NCBI GenBank assembly: GCA_973895155.1
Contig: OZ316895.1
Location: forward strand, 5,335,181-5,399,180
DNA length: 64,000 nt
Direction of reading: 5' to 3'
DNA from: Marsupella aquatica
Taxonomy: Eukaryota > Plantae > Marchantiophyta
The position numbers were made by a program, and so were the translations under genes. This document shows, piece after piece, positions 42,109 through 55,000 of this stretch (position 1 is its first letter; each line of letters starts with the position of its first letter). Under the pieces are notes generated by a model, which saw only the letters and a list, made by a program, of their open reading frames with translations, did no database searches and had not been told where the DNA came from.

Positions 42109-44148
42109 TGTGGATATACAGTAAACTTGAAAAGCTAAGATTAAGTGCAAATTTTTAAATTTTCTGGTCGCTAAAGTTTAAGTTCACTTAAACTTACATT
42201 TTTTACGCCTTTTAGTAAGATACGATCTTACGATCTTACGATCTTACGATCTTATTACCTTACGATTTACGAACTTACGCGGTACTAGAAGATTACGCCA
42301 TTGCAAGACTAACGGGCGGAAAGTACACTATGAGCCGCATCGCGTGAAATCTTACGACCAGAGTGAATCACTCTCTGCATGACTATTTCCGACGCTTACA
42401 AGCATCGCTCCGCTTCATCTGATCAGCATCCACCTCAAGATTTGTGAACCCGAGAGCTATGGCAACATTCGATTGTGATGAGGAATACCTCATTGATTCT
42501 GTGGCAATTCCAAAAGCGCTCGTCATCAGGCTCCCCAGGACCGAAGAGAGCTATGAATCATTACGCCAATCCTTGAGAGAGCTTGGACTGGAGAAATTAT
42601 TACGACTACCATGGACTTCAGAGTTGGACACCTACCTGGAAGATTTTGTCAGAGGATCAATTGTCGCCTCACCTTCGCCTACTTCTATTCGAGGACGGCC
42701 CAACAAATGGACCATAGATCACTTCGCGTATGCTTTTGGATGTTCTGCTGACGGAGAAGCGCTACTTTTGCCCAAGGATGATACATCAACTCCATACTTT
42801 TCAGGTACCCGGAATAAGAGAAATGGCTGGAATGTGAGTCAATGCAATCATTTGGAGCTAAGAATTCTTTAAATTTGGAATTTTTGGTTCCTATTTTTCA
42901 TCCCAAGAAACCAACTGTTTGCTCCATTTCTCTGGCCAATACCATCATCGCTGCGCACAGTGGTAGAGTAAAGGTCAATTGGGCTTTGGTATTTTTCAAT
43001 GTTGTGAGGGATCAACTTCGGACATTAAGGGCGAATCAATCAACTCAACTGCAAAACTATCTAGCCCAGCTATACTCCGCTTTTGATTGCTTACTTCCTG
43101 AGGAGGTGATGGAGAGAGATTATCTTATGGAAGAAATCTCCAAGTTGTGGGAACAAGATGAAATTATGCCTACTACAGCAGAAGAGGCAAACGTCATATC
43201 GCCAGCTTCTCCAGGCAGCCGGGCAAGTCTTCACAATTCAAGTCCTTCAGATGAGGTACCCATGGACCTAGAAGCACTTACTACAGATGCTGAGATGATA
43301 GACTACCCAGGGATCCCCTCACCACCCCTTTCCACAGGAATTGGGAAGTTTCCTATTCGACTTGCACAGGACGACTCCAATCAGACCCTGATCAGTAAGG
43401 TGTGTGCTTTGCTCAACTGTGACTTTCATTCACTGTACGAGACCATTGAGCAATTGCGCCATGACGTAGTGACACGGGTTCCTCCTTCTGCACTTTCATC
43501 TCCGGATCATGAGAATTCGCCAGCATCTTCACCTCCAGCAGAAATTCAGCTCTCCACAGAGGAACTTTTTGCTGTTAAGACCGTGGCTCAAATCTCAGTT
43601 CCATCCCCTACAGACTTGAAGGAGACCTCACCTACAAATTCAGAGCCTCCTCCCTGCTCATCTGTAGAACATCACTCCTACCTTAAGATTGTCCATGAGT
43701 TAACTACTATGTTAGGCTGCCGTTCAGAAGAAGTCACCTCCATAGTCGATGAATTTCTTGATAGACCTGAACCTTCACGCTCCCCACTGCCATCCTCTCA
43801 GTTTCCCTATAGTCCTGATTCCAATTATGAGCCTACTGATAGTCTACCTCATAAATCTTTGCACTCCACACAGCCCTTCTCTCAGCAAGGATTTCCCTTT
43901 TCTGAAGATTCTGATCCTCCATCCACACCAGAATACTTCTTTCCCTATGATATTCCAGTCTGTGACTCACCAGATTAGGGATTCGAAAGAGTTAATGCAG
44001 CCTTGCGATCTAATCACAACCTTGTTGCAGTTGTCACGTCTTCTACCCAGACTCCTAGAAAAGCTATCATCTATAAAATGGAGCCTAGAACACCAGAGCA
44101 ACAAGTCCAGAAGTATGTCACCACTTGTAAGGTTATGCATGCCAATAC
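42109..44148 (-). mobile_element. Probable 3' end of an LTR retrotransposon (LTR ~42109-42428, PPT, antisense accessory ORF), interrupted by a CACTA
   Basis: MULE homology stops at a TGTGGAT start. A CA at 42427-42428 is followed by tccacctcaag (minus strand cttgaggtgga, PPT-like). There is an internal (acgatctt)x4 repeat. The second LTR and pol are not in the window. Confidence 0.45.
42459..44148 (+). pseudogene. Transposon-associated accessory ORF (bryophyte Gypsy extra-ORF-like), frameshifted and truncated
   Basis: LGLEKLLRLPW...SIRGRPNKWT...NGWNVSQC / FLVPIFHPKKP...KVNWALVF...YLAQLY, then an S/P-rich tail. Frameshift at ~42868, in-frame TAG at 43976, and the frame continues to the CACTA junction. 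Family call is from recalled similarity to repetitive moss/liverwort hypothetical proteins. Confidence 0.55.
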
Positions 44149-44598
44149 CACTAGTAGAAAATGGGGCCTTTTATGACTATGACACATATGACTTATGTGC
44201 TCAAATGACAAAATGTGTAAATGACATAACATAAATGACATTGAAATGACTGTCCAAAATGACGGGGTGCAAAAAATGACTAATACTTGCAATAGTGTCA
44301 TTTAAACCAATGAGCCAAATGACTTTGACTGCTATAATGACAACAATCATGAGTTGTAGTCATTTTGGACAGTCTTTGTGAATGACACAATTAACAAAAA
44401 CTCTGTCATATCAGTGTTTCACATATGGGAAGTCATTTCAGACGACGGTGACTAATGACTAATAAATCAAATATGCAAATATCAGTGTTTAAAAATGTTA
44501 GTAGTCATTGAAACCAAATGTTATAAATGACATGATAAACAACATATGACTATTTTGAGGTTTATGGTTTAGTATATGTTTAGGGTTTAGGGTATGAT

Positions 44599-47500
44599 TA
44601 GCCGACCATTAGGGATGCTACCCACTCCACATGGTGCAGGATGGGGTACTTGTACACCTTGAGCCACTAGTTATGCCACTTGGCCTCCACAACACATTTT
44701 AAAACACACATTTTGCATCATGGAAGGGCATCACCCAACTTTGGGCAAAACACTCCCAACTTGTATGACTTTGGAGTCATTTGCCCAAAGGGGTGCAAAC
44801 CATTCTAATTTGGTCATTTGCAAGGGATCTTGAGTCATTTGTGCAGTTGACTAAAAGTTTTTGTCATTTGTGGAGTGCCGAGGGGTGTCATTTAAGCAAA
44901 TGACACAAAAATAAGTCATTGATGATGTCAATGCGGCAGTCAAGCATGCCATGGACAATATGACTCCTTGGCATCGTCGGGGGCTTATTCGCAATATACG
45001 TGATCGTAGCCGGCCATTAGGGATGCTACCCACTCCACATGGTGCGGGATGGGGTACTTGTACACCCTGAGCCACTAGTTGTGCCACTTGGCCTCCACAA
45101 CACTTTTTAAAATACACATTTTGCATCATGGAATGGCATCACCCAACTTTGGGCAAAACACTCCCAAGTTGTATGACTTTGGAGTCATTTGCCCAAAGGG
45201 GTGCAAATCATTCTAATTTGGTCATTTGCAAGGGATCTTGAGTCATTTGTGCGTGTGACTAAAGGTTTTTGTCATTTGTGGAGTGCCAAGGGGTGTCATT
45301 TAAGCAAATGACACAAAAATAAGTCATTGATGATGTCAATGCGGCAGTCAAGCATGCCATGGACAATATGACTCCTTGGGGTCGTTGGGGGCTTATTCGC
45401 AATATCTGTGATTGCAGCTGGCCATTAGGGATGCTACCCACTCCACATGGTGTGGGATGGGGTACTTGTACACCCTGAGCCACTAGTTATGCCACTTGGC
45501 CTCCACAACACTTTTTAAAATACACATTTTGCATCATGGAAGGGCATCACCCAACTTTGGGCAAAACACTCCCAAGTTGTATGACTTTGGAGTCATTTGC
45601 CCAAAGGGGTGCAAATCATTCTAATTTGGTCATTTGCAAGGGATCTTGAGTCATTTGTGCGTGTGACTAAAAGTTTTTGTCATTTGTGGAGTGTCGAGGG
45701 GTGTCATTTAAGCAAATGACACAAAAATAAGTTATTGATGATGTCAATGCGGCAGTCAAGCATGCCATGGACAATATGACTCCTTGGGGTCGTTGGGGGC
45801 TTATTCGCAATATCTGTGATTGCAGCTGGCCATTAGGGATGCTACCCACTCCACATGGTGCGGGATGGGGTACTTGTACACCCTGAGCCACTAGTTGTGC
45901 CACTTGGCCTCCACAACACTTTTTAAAATACACATTTTGCATCATGGAATGGCATCACCCAACTTTGGGCAAAACACTCCCAAGTTGTATGACTTTGGAG
46001 TCATTTGCCCAAAGGGGTGCAAATCATTCTAATTTGGTCATTTGCAAGGGATCTTGAGTCATTTGTGCGTGTGACTAAAGGTTTTTGTCATTTGTGGAGT
46101 GCCGAGGGGTGTCATTTAAGCAAATGACACAAAAATAAGTCATTGATGATGTCAATGCGGCAGTCAAGCATGCCATGGACAATATGACTCCTTGGGGTCG
46201 TTGGGGGCTTATTCGCAATATCTGTGATTGCAGCTGGCCATTAGGGATGCTACCCACTCCACATGGTGCGGGATGGGGTACTTGTACACCCTGAGCCACT
46301 AGTTATGCCATTTGGCCTCCACAACACTTTTTAAAATACACATTTTGCATCTTGGCAGGGCATCACCCAACTTTGGGCAAAACACTCCCAAGTTGTATGA
46401 CTTTAGGGTCATTTGCCCAAAGGGGTGCAAACCACTCGCATTTTGTCATTTGCAAGGGATATAGAGTCATTTGTGCGCTTGACTAAAGGGTTGTGTCATT
46501 TGTGGAGTGCCAGGGGATGTCATATGAGCAAATGACACAACTAGGGGTCATTCATGATGTCAATAGTGCAGTCCTGCATACCAGGGACAATATGACTGCT
46601 TGGGGCCTCGGGGGGCTGATTGGCCATATTGGTGCTGTTAGCCGGCCATCAGGGACGCTACCCACTCCACATGGTGCGGGATAGGGTACTCGGCAACCCT
46701 TGGCCACTAGTTATTCCACTTGGCCTCCACAACACTTTTTAACACACACATTTTGCATCTTGGCAGGGCATCACCCAACTTTGGGCAAAACACTCCCAAG
46801 TTGTATGACTTTAGGGTCATTTGCCCAAAGGGGTGCAAACCACTCGCATTTTGTCATTTGCAAGGGATATAGAGTCATTTGTGCGCTTGACTAAAGGGTT
46901 GTGTCATTTGTGGAGTGCCAGGGGATGTCATATGAGCAAATGACACAACTAGGGGTCATTCATGATGTCAATAGTGCAGTCCTGCATACCAGGGACAATA
47001 TGACTGCTTGGGGCCTCGGGGGGCTGATTGGCCATATTGGTGCTGTTAGCCGGCCATCAGGGACGCTACCCACTCCACATGGTGCGGGATAGGGTACTCG
47101 GCAACCCTTGGCCACTAGTTATTCCACTTGGCCTCCACAACACTTTTTAACACACACATTTTGCATCTTGGCAGGGCATCACCCAACTTTGGGCAAAACA
47201 CTCCCAAGTTGTATGACTTTAGGGTCATTTGCCCAAAGGGGTGCAAACCACTCGCATTTTGTCATTTGCAAGGGATATAGAGTCATTTGTGCGCTTGACT
47301 AAAGGGTTGTGTCATTTGTGGAGTGCGAGGGCATGTCATATGAGCAAATGACACAACTAGGGGTCATTCATGATGTCAATAGTGCAGTCCTGCATACCAG
47401 GGACAATATGACTGCTTGGGGCCTCGGGGGGCTGATTGGCCATATTGGTGCTGTTAGCCGGCCATCAGGGACGCTACCCACTCCACATGGTGCGGGATAG

Positions 47501-48307
47501 GGTACTCGGCAACCCTTGGCCACTAGTTATTCCACTTGGCCTCCACAACACTTTTTAACACACACATTTTGCATCTTGGCAGGGCATCACCCAACTTTGG
47601 GCAAAACACTCCCAAGTTGTATGACTTTAGGGTCATTTGCCCAAAGGGGTGCAAACCACTCGCATTTTGTCATTTGCAAGGGATATAGAGTCATTTGTGC
47701 GCTTGACTAAAGGGTTGTGTCATTTGTGGAGTGCGAGGGCATGTCATATGAGCAAATGACACAACTAGGGGTCATTCATGATGTCAATAGTGCAGTCCTG
47801 CATACCAGGGACAATATGACTGCTTGGGGCCTCGGGGGGCTGATTGGCCATATTGGTGCTGTTAGCCGGCCATCAGGGACGCTACCCACTCCACATGGTG
47901 CGGGATAGGGTACTCGGCAACCCTTGGCCACTAGTTATTCCACTTGGCCTCCACAACACTTTTTAACACACACATTTTGCATCTTGGCAGGGCATCACCC
48001 AACTTTGGGCAAAACACTCCCAAGTTGTATGACTTTAGGGTCATTTGCCCAAAGGGGTGCAAACCACTCGCATTTTGTCATTTGCAAGGGATATAGAGTC
48101 ATTTGTGCGCTTGACTAAAGGGTTGTGTCATTTGTGGAGTGCGAGGGCATGTCATATGAGCAAATGACACAACTAGGGGTCATTCATGATGTCAATAGTG
48201 CAGTCCTGCATACCAGGGACAATATGACTTCTTGGGGCCTCGGGGGGCTGATTGGCCATATTGGTGCTGTTAACGGACCATTAGGGATGGTACCCACTCC
48301 ACATGGT
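44599..48307. repeat. Tandem array of ~9.1 x 408 bp units inside the CACTA left arm
   Basis: Units recur at exact 408 bp spacing (e.g. ORF starts 46493, 46901, 47309, 47717, 48125). Two sequence subtypes are present. Confidence 0.97.
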
Positions 48308-51300
48308 ATTTTGAAGTCATTTCTAAATTGTTGTGTCATTTATAAGCTCGTGAGTGAACTTTCTGGTCATTTGTGTAGTGTCGTGAGATGTCATATTTGC
48401 AATTGACTATGGTACAAGTCATTCCATGTGTCAATGGCAGTGTCATTTAATCCTTCTAAGGCAACATGTCCGGTGAGGGCCCCAAGTGTTGCAAGTTTAC
48501 CCCTATTTGTTGATTTGCCAAAAAATTAGGGTCATATGTGGCCATGACTAAATTGGATGGGATTAGTCATCTAATATGTCATTGTCTAAGTATGACAACA
48601 TCCACCAAATTCTATTTTACCAATGTAGAGACGGTTCTCTCAGGGGATTTGGAGACATGCTTTTGGGGGGATTTTACATGTATATTAAAGCGACTATGAG
48701 GGGAGGGATGTTACCATGGCCTCCTTTTACTTTAAGGGGTTTCATGGGTCCCCCTTCATCACCACCACCACCACTTCCCTCTCCCCGATTTGGCATTTGT
48801 TTCCCGTTCCCATTCCCGTTGGACGTTGCATCTCCACCGTCCACATGTCATCCCCTCATGCCCTGGCACTGTCTTCCTTTAGTCGCGGGAACCTTGTAAA
48901 GCACCTAACTCACATTGGACTCCGTTTTGTGAAGAACATTGGCAGAGCATCTTGAATGTCGAGGGTTTTTGGCATTTGCGCGTAGTCTTAAATGAAGGGT
49001 TTATCGTTGCAAGGCAGAGTCGTGTGCAGAGTTCCACTTACCACATTCTCACAAGCAACGTCTTTCACAAGTGCGGGATTGTATTGGGGACTTTAGTTGC
49101 AACCTCTAGGCTGCATCATAGGGTGAACAAGTGCGAAGGAGTTTCAGGGTTCTCAGCGGCTGTCCTGCCATCACATTTTGTCTCCTATTGCGCCTATGCA
49201 TTGTGCTTTTTGGCAAAGGACCCTCGTTTGGCCTGGGTTTTCTTCGGGCATTTTCCTCCAACGCCCGTCATTTGTTAACATAGTCGACGACATGTGTATG
49301 GAGTCTGCCTGATCCGGGCCTTGCCTTCTCGCAACTGTCGTTAAATCTCTACGTTGCGTTCCTTTCGCTCTACTGCATCCTGCCTTTGTGTTCCCTCTGC
49401 TTTCGGCTCTGCATTTTGGTTAGTCGATCGAGGTTTAGGCAACCTTGGTTTTGGGCTGTACTCATCGGGAGGCGCGCAAGCTTGCTATAGAGGAGCTGCG
49501 CCGAGGCCGGAAGGCTTCTCCTTTTGCCATATAGTTTGCTTCTTGGTGGCCTTCAGTTTAGTCCTGCTTGGTGGCCGAGACTACATTGTCCTGCGAGTGG
49601 CCGAGCTCTACTACAAGCACCTACTACAAGTGAGTTGCAATCAGGGACCTGCTAGCAGCTGCCTGCAAGGAAGGGGCGACCCGCTGCTGCAAGGGAGGGG
49701 TGTGAACGGAGCGGCTACCTACTGCTTCGGGGATTGGGCTAAGTGCGGCTGCAACTAGGTATTTTGTCCATGCTATATAAATCCTACTGCTTGCAATGTG
49801 TGTTGTAATCTGTTCTTCCTGTGATTCAATTTGTTGCTAATATTCTATGTAGAGCTCTCGCTTAGCTCATGAATGCTTTTGGACCCCTTTGTCTGTTTTT
49901 CTAGCTTTCTGAATGCCATATGCAACGATATTTTTTACCCCATGACTAGGCCTAGCATCTGCTACCTACTTAGGGATTGTATGCCAACGCTACCTAAAAC
50001 CCCACCTCAATCCTTGAGACTGCTGTTGCTTTTTAATGCTGTCATTTGCACTTACACAGCCCAATGCTGTCAAATTTTGTTTTCAGTTTCAATGAAGGGC
50101 AATGTCTGGCGAGTAGTAGCAATAGCGATCAACCAAGAGCAGAGTCCCAGTTTGAAGGGCGTTTCCATTCTGGTCTGTATAGGTTTCCATGCATGTTCGT
50201 GCCTATCTCAATCTATTTTTTTTCCTGCTCTAAGATTGATTTTCCATTCTCGGATGTTCCTGGCTCAGCCCTGGGTTCGAAGAGGTTTTGGCAAAAATGA
50301 GTTTTGGCCTGTTTGAATTTGGGCTCTAGATGCCATACAATACAATGAACCTGTACTTCGAAGCCATTCATTGCGTCGAGACAGCGGTATTAGACGTCCC
50401 TTGTTCTCATTGTCATGATATTACCTGAAGAAAATAAAATGCAAGCTTTTAGCGTAGATCGACTGAAATTAAGGTACCATGTCAGAAGAGACAGCAGATA
50501 GCCTTTTGCCCCGCCTTTTGCTTCCAGGTCACTTTTTGTTGCGGTGGTGCTTCATTCCAAGGTGACGTTTTCTACAAAAATCCTCAACAAAGTTGCTACA
50601 AACTCACTAATTCCCTTGGAGGGCGGTTCTGATTTAATTCATGAATTCCGTATTGTCTCCATCACTGTCGTTCGCTTCATCAGTTTTGTTCTATGCTTCC
50701 TATCTTGTGTTTCCACATATCTTGATCAGCGTGAAATGATCACTACAATAATTAATTGTGTAGCTAACTGTAGGTTGTGGAAAAACCCGAAGCTGGAAGC
50801 TTAATTTAATCTTACCTTTTGTTCTTGGCTCAGCCCAGGGTGGGCTGTGCATCATTTTATGAGCTCAGAACCATTCTGCAGAGCAAAATATATCGGTGGA
50901 ATATATTTGTGAGATTTAAAGAAGTTGAATGAATTGATGTCCGTCAAGATCAATACGCAGGTTCTCATTATTTGTAGAAACAACAACAAATTGTAACAAT
51001 CTTTGACAATATGAAAGAAATTGATTGTGCTCTTCGTAGGAGATATACTTTGCTCATTGTGTGTAATGTTGTGCAAGAAACTCCTTTTCCAAAATCAAAG
51101 ATTGTTTCTCTGATTTGAGGTGGATATTGGAGCTACAAGGACCTGCGGGTGAGCTTTGAGAATCTCCTTGCTGCAAGGTGAGAGTCTTTCCTGGTCATGA
51201 ACTTATGTCCTCTCATAGTCTCATTTAATTTTGAGGAACAATCCATATGCTTCCGTGGCATGGGTCATCTGTCAAATTTTTACTGTGCATTGCTCAAGTC

Positions 51301-51777
51301 TGTGGATGGTTCACTTCATTATTCGGGAATGTCTGCATTCACAGAATAGATTGCTTTTCTCCTGCCATCCCTTGGCCACTTGCTTTGCATTTCCATCTGC
51401 ATTCCGCTTATTGCTCTGCCTCTCTCCCAATCTCCTTCAAATAACCATTACCACTTACAATATTCTATGAGGAGTAGGTTGTGTACCCAAGTAAATGATT
51501 TCCAATCTAATATGCTTAGTGTTTACCTGTTGTTGGCATGCATGTACTATTCTATTGTCAATGAAGGCTAAAGTGGGGGCTGCCTTTACGTCAGTTGGAG
51601 TACTCTACCTCAATTGTATGTACAGTATCCTTCACTTGTGCACACATTTGCTTCACATGATACTCTAGAAGATAGTATGGAAGGGTTTGGAGTGGTCTAG
51701 AACAAATTCGTATGCTGTGCAACATGACACAGAAGAAAGAAGTGCAATTGTGTATTTGATTAGGTAGTGCTGCAATC

Positions 51778-54700
51778 ATGGCTTCTTCTAGCTAGGCTGG
51801 GTCACGCAACACTGGACATACAACAGAGGCAGTTCACCATCCAACTGTGCCTTCCTTCGATCCGAGTCGAATCCAACGTCGAGATGATAATTTATGGGCC
51901 CGAGAACAGAGAGCCTGTGCTGGTAGTGCTGATCATAGAATGTATTGCCCTTGCATGCGATGCAAAGGGAATTATAAGACCACTCGAAAGACTACTCGAC
52001 AACATCTTGTTAAGCATGGTCGCTACCCTGCTTGTAGAGTCTGGGTAGGAGAGGGTCAGGACTCTTCTGATGAGGAGTGGAGAACTGATTATATACGCCA
52101 CTATGGCCCTGAGGCATTGAAAGCAGGAAATTGCCCTGAGGCATTGAAGGCAGGAAATTGCCCTGAGGCAACCCACACAGACCACCCTGCAATAGATGTT
52201 GAACAGCAGGTCAGAGCTTTACTTGAGGAGACAATGGCTAGAGCTTATGAAGAAAGTGATGAATTTGTGGATAACGTAGCTCCTTTTGATTTAGACTCAA
52301 TGTTTCAGAATGATGAGAATGATGAGAATGATTAGAATGAGCAGAATGAGGCAGATACAGCCTCTACTGAGGCCAATCATGAGGGCACAAATCTCTCAGG
52401 ACCTCCAATAGACCCTGTGCCTGTCCAAGGGTCTTTAGAAGAGGCCATGTGACCTTTATATCCAGGGAGTAAGATAGATGTAGTTTCTTTTATGTTGTTG
52501 TTCTTGAACATTTGTCACAACAATCGTTTCTCAAACACGGGAGTGAATGCCATGCTGTCTTTGTTGACTGAGCATGGAATGCCAACAGAGCACACTCTCC
52601 CTAAGAACCTATATGCTGCGAAACAATTACTGCGGAAACTAGGTTTAGATTATGAGAGAATCCCAGTATGTGAAAATGGATGTATGTTATTTAGAGGTGA
52701 CACTGCGCACTTGGAAAATTGTTCCAAGTGTGGCCAGCCAAAGATGAAGTTAGTGGGGAATTCAAAACAGCCTGTGAAGGTGTTGAGATATTTCCCTATA
52801 ATCCCTCGATTGAAGAGATTGTATGCCACGAAAGGGACTTCTAAACTCATGACTTGGCATCATGAGAACAAGAGCAAGGACAACATGGTCCGACATCCAG
52901 CAGATTCAAAGGCATGGAAACATGTGGATACAGAGATCGACCCTGGTTTTGCTGCTGAGCCAAGGAATGTCCGAATGGGATTGGCACTTGATGGGGTAAA
53001 TCCATTTGGGAATAATTCCACTGCTTGGTCTACCTGGCCAATGTTGCTGCTGAATTATAATATCCCTCCTTGGCTTACCACAAAAAAATTCTTTGTCATG
53101 CTGGCTCTTCTAATTCCGGGCCCTGAGTCAGTAACTGAGGAGCAGTTTGATATATACATGGCTCCAGTCATGGATGAGCTTGTGACACTATGGAAAGGAG
53201 TGGATTGTTTTGATGTTCTACCAAGGCCTGGATTGCCTCAACAATTCAAGCTAAGGGCTTCGGTATTGTGGACAATCAATGATTACCCTGCATATGGTTT
53301 AGTTTCTGGCCAACAACATGCAGGGTATAGAGGATGTGTTGTTTGTGGGCCAAAATGCATGGCACAAGGTTCTTCACACTTGAAAAAGTTACTGTTTGCT
53401 GGCCATCGTCGATGGTTACCACCTAGGCATCCTTTTCGCAGTCAAGAAGTGGCAAAATACTTTGATGGGGAGGTTGAGGTAGAACCTGCACCATGTAGAA
53501 TGTCCAGCTCTGACAGGCTACGTTGGGGAGAGGAGACAACTGCGTATGTGAAAAAGAAAGCAGGGAATAAATTTGATGATGATGATTCTCCAATAAAGAC
53601 GCATGGAGTGAAGAGGGCTACTGGATTATACAAGTTGCCTTACTGGAGTGTAAGTATCTGGTTCCTGATTGTCCAATCCACTTAGTTTGTGTACTCCTAT
53701 GCAGTAAAGTTCTGCATTCTTGATTCTAACTCACTTTGTATTGTACTGTCTAATGCAGCAACTTCTCATCAACCATTGTCTTGATCCAATGCATTGTGAG
53801 AAGAATCTTGCCCACAACATTGTACATACTATCCTGGGAACTAAGGATACTCCTGCTGTTCGAGAGGACATGAAAGACCTGCAAGTGCGAGAACACCTGT
53901 GGCTTGTACCGAATAAGGATCCAAAAGGTCCTAAGGTCATGCCACCAGCCCCATATTGCTTGAGTAAGAGTGAGAAGACATAGTTCTTGGAGGTATTGTT
54001 GACCTTCAAAGGGCCCACTGGTTTTGCTAGTTCTCTGGCTAGGTGTGTTACAGTCAAGAAGAAGTTATCTGGGTTGAAATCTCATGATTTCCATCACCTC
54101 ATGCAACAAATTATCCCATTGGCAACTATGGGATTACTTGATGAAGGTGTTCGCTTGGCCATCGCTAGGGTGAGCAATGTGTGGCGTAACATTTGTGCCA
54201 AGGTTTGGGATCCTTCACAGTACAATGACCTGATGATGGATGTTGCATTCACACTCTGCATTATGGAAATTCACTTCCCACCAAGTTTCTTTGATGTGAT
54301 GACCCACTTGATGATTCATGTAGTGGAGGAACTAGACCTGTGTGGCCCAGTGAACATTAGATGGATGTATCCAATAGAAAGACATCTGAAGACCTTGAAA
54401 GGTTTTGTTCGAAACAAGGCACGTCCAGAGACTTCCATGGCTGAAGGCTACATTCTAGATGAATCCATAGGATTCCTTTCTGAGTGCATGATAGATGCTA
54501 AAGGGACAGGAAAGAGAACATGGGACTTGGAGGAGAATCCTGGTGTTGCAGGCATTGTCTTGGAAGGAGCTGCAAAAGAGAGAACCATGCAATGGAGTGA
54601 AATGATAGCTATGCATCATTACATACTGGAGAATGAAGAGCAAGTGAAACCATGGTACAGGTATGAGCTTGGTCCATTGAGGCATGTTGATTATGATTAT

Positions 54701-55000
54701 CATTATTAATTGACAGTCAATAGTCTAAAATGTTTTGTTGTTTGTGTGGGACTAGAAGTTGACATTGGTAATTGTTGCCATGCATGTAGGATTTATGATG
54801 ATGCCAATGAGGCCATCACCAAGCGCAGAGCAGAAATCAGGAAAGAATGGATGAAGAATCCAGGGAATCGAAAGCGTCCTGTACAGTATCCCTCTGATTT
54901 GAGAGAGTTACCTCCTTTCACAGAATGGTTTGAAGCTTCAATTAGGTCCCACCATTTTGAGGATGAGGTTCAAAGATCTGTGTTGACAGGGTACAGTCTC
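51778..55000 (+). pseudogene. CACTA TnpD/Tnp2-like transposase (transposase-associated, Transposase_21 and DUF4218-like regions), inactivated
   Basis: MYCPCMRCKG...RQHLVKHG; RHPADSKAWK, RNVRMGLALDGVNPF, WTINDYPAYG, HRRWLPPRHPFR, DPMHCEKN, LKSHDFH, WMYPIERHLKTLK, RNKARPETSMAEGY. In-frame stops at 51793, 52333, 52450 and 53981; introns 53650-53758 and 54661-54789. Confidence 0.93.

Larger units (their letters stand above)
44149..55000 (+). mobile_element. CACTA (En/Spm) transposon, left arm plus transposase, interrupted at 55001
   Basis: Terminus CACTAGTAGAAAA at 44149 (preceding 3 nt tac = predicted TSD), dense ATGAC/GTCAT subterminal motifs from 44170 to ~48600, and a TnpD-like ORF downstream. 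Confidence 0.9.

Noticed and set aside
44851-48406. Repeated 63-93 aa ORFs, and a CRISPR-like appearance of the array
   Set aside because: These are translations of the 408 bp repeat. The units are full tandem copies without unique spacers, there are no cas genes, and the context is eukaryotic.
48576-51600. Several 80-150 aa ORFs inside the CACTA
   Set aside because: No recognisable motifs. The region looks like the promoter, leader exons and introns of the transposase transcript.
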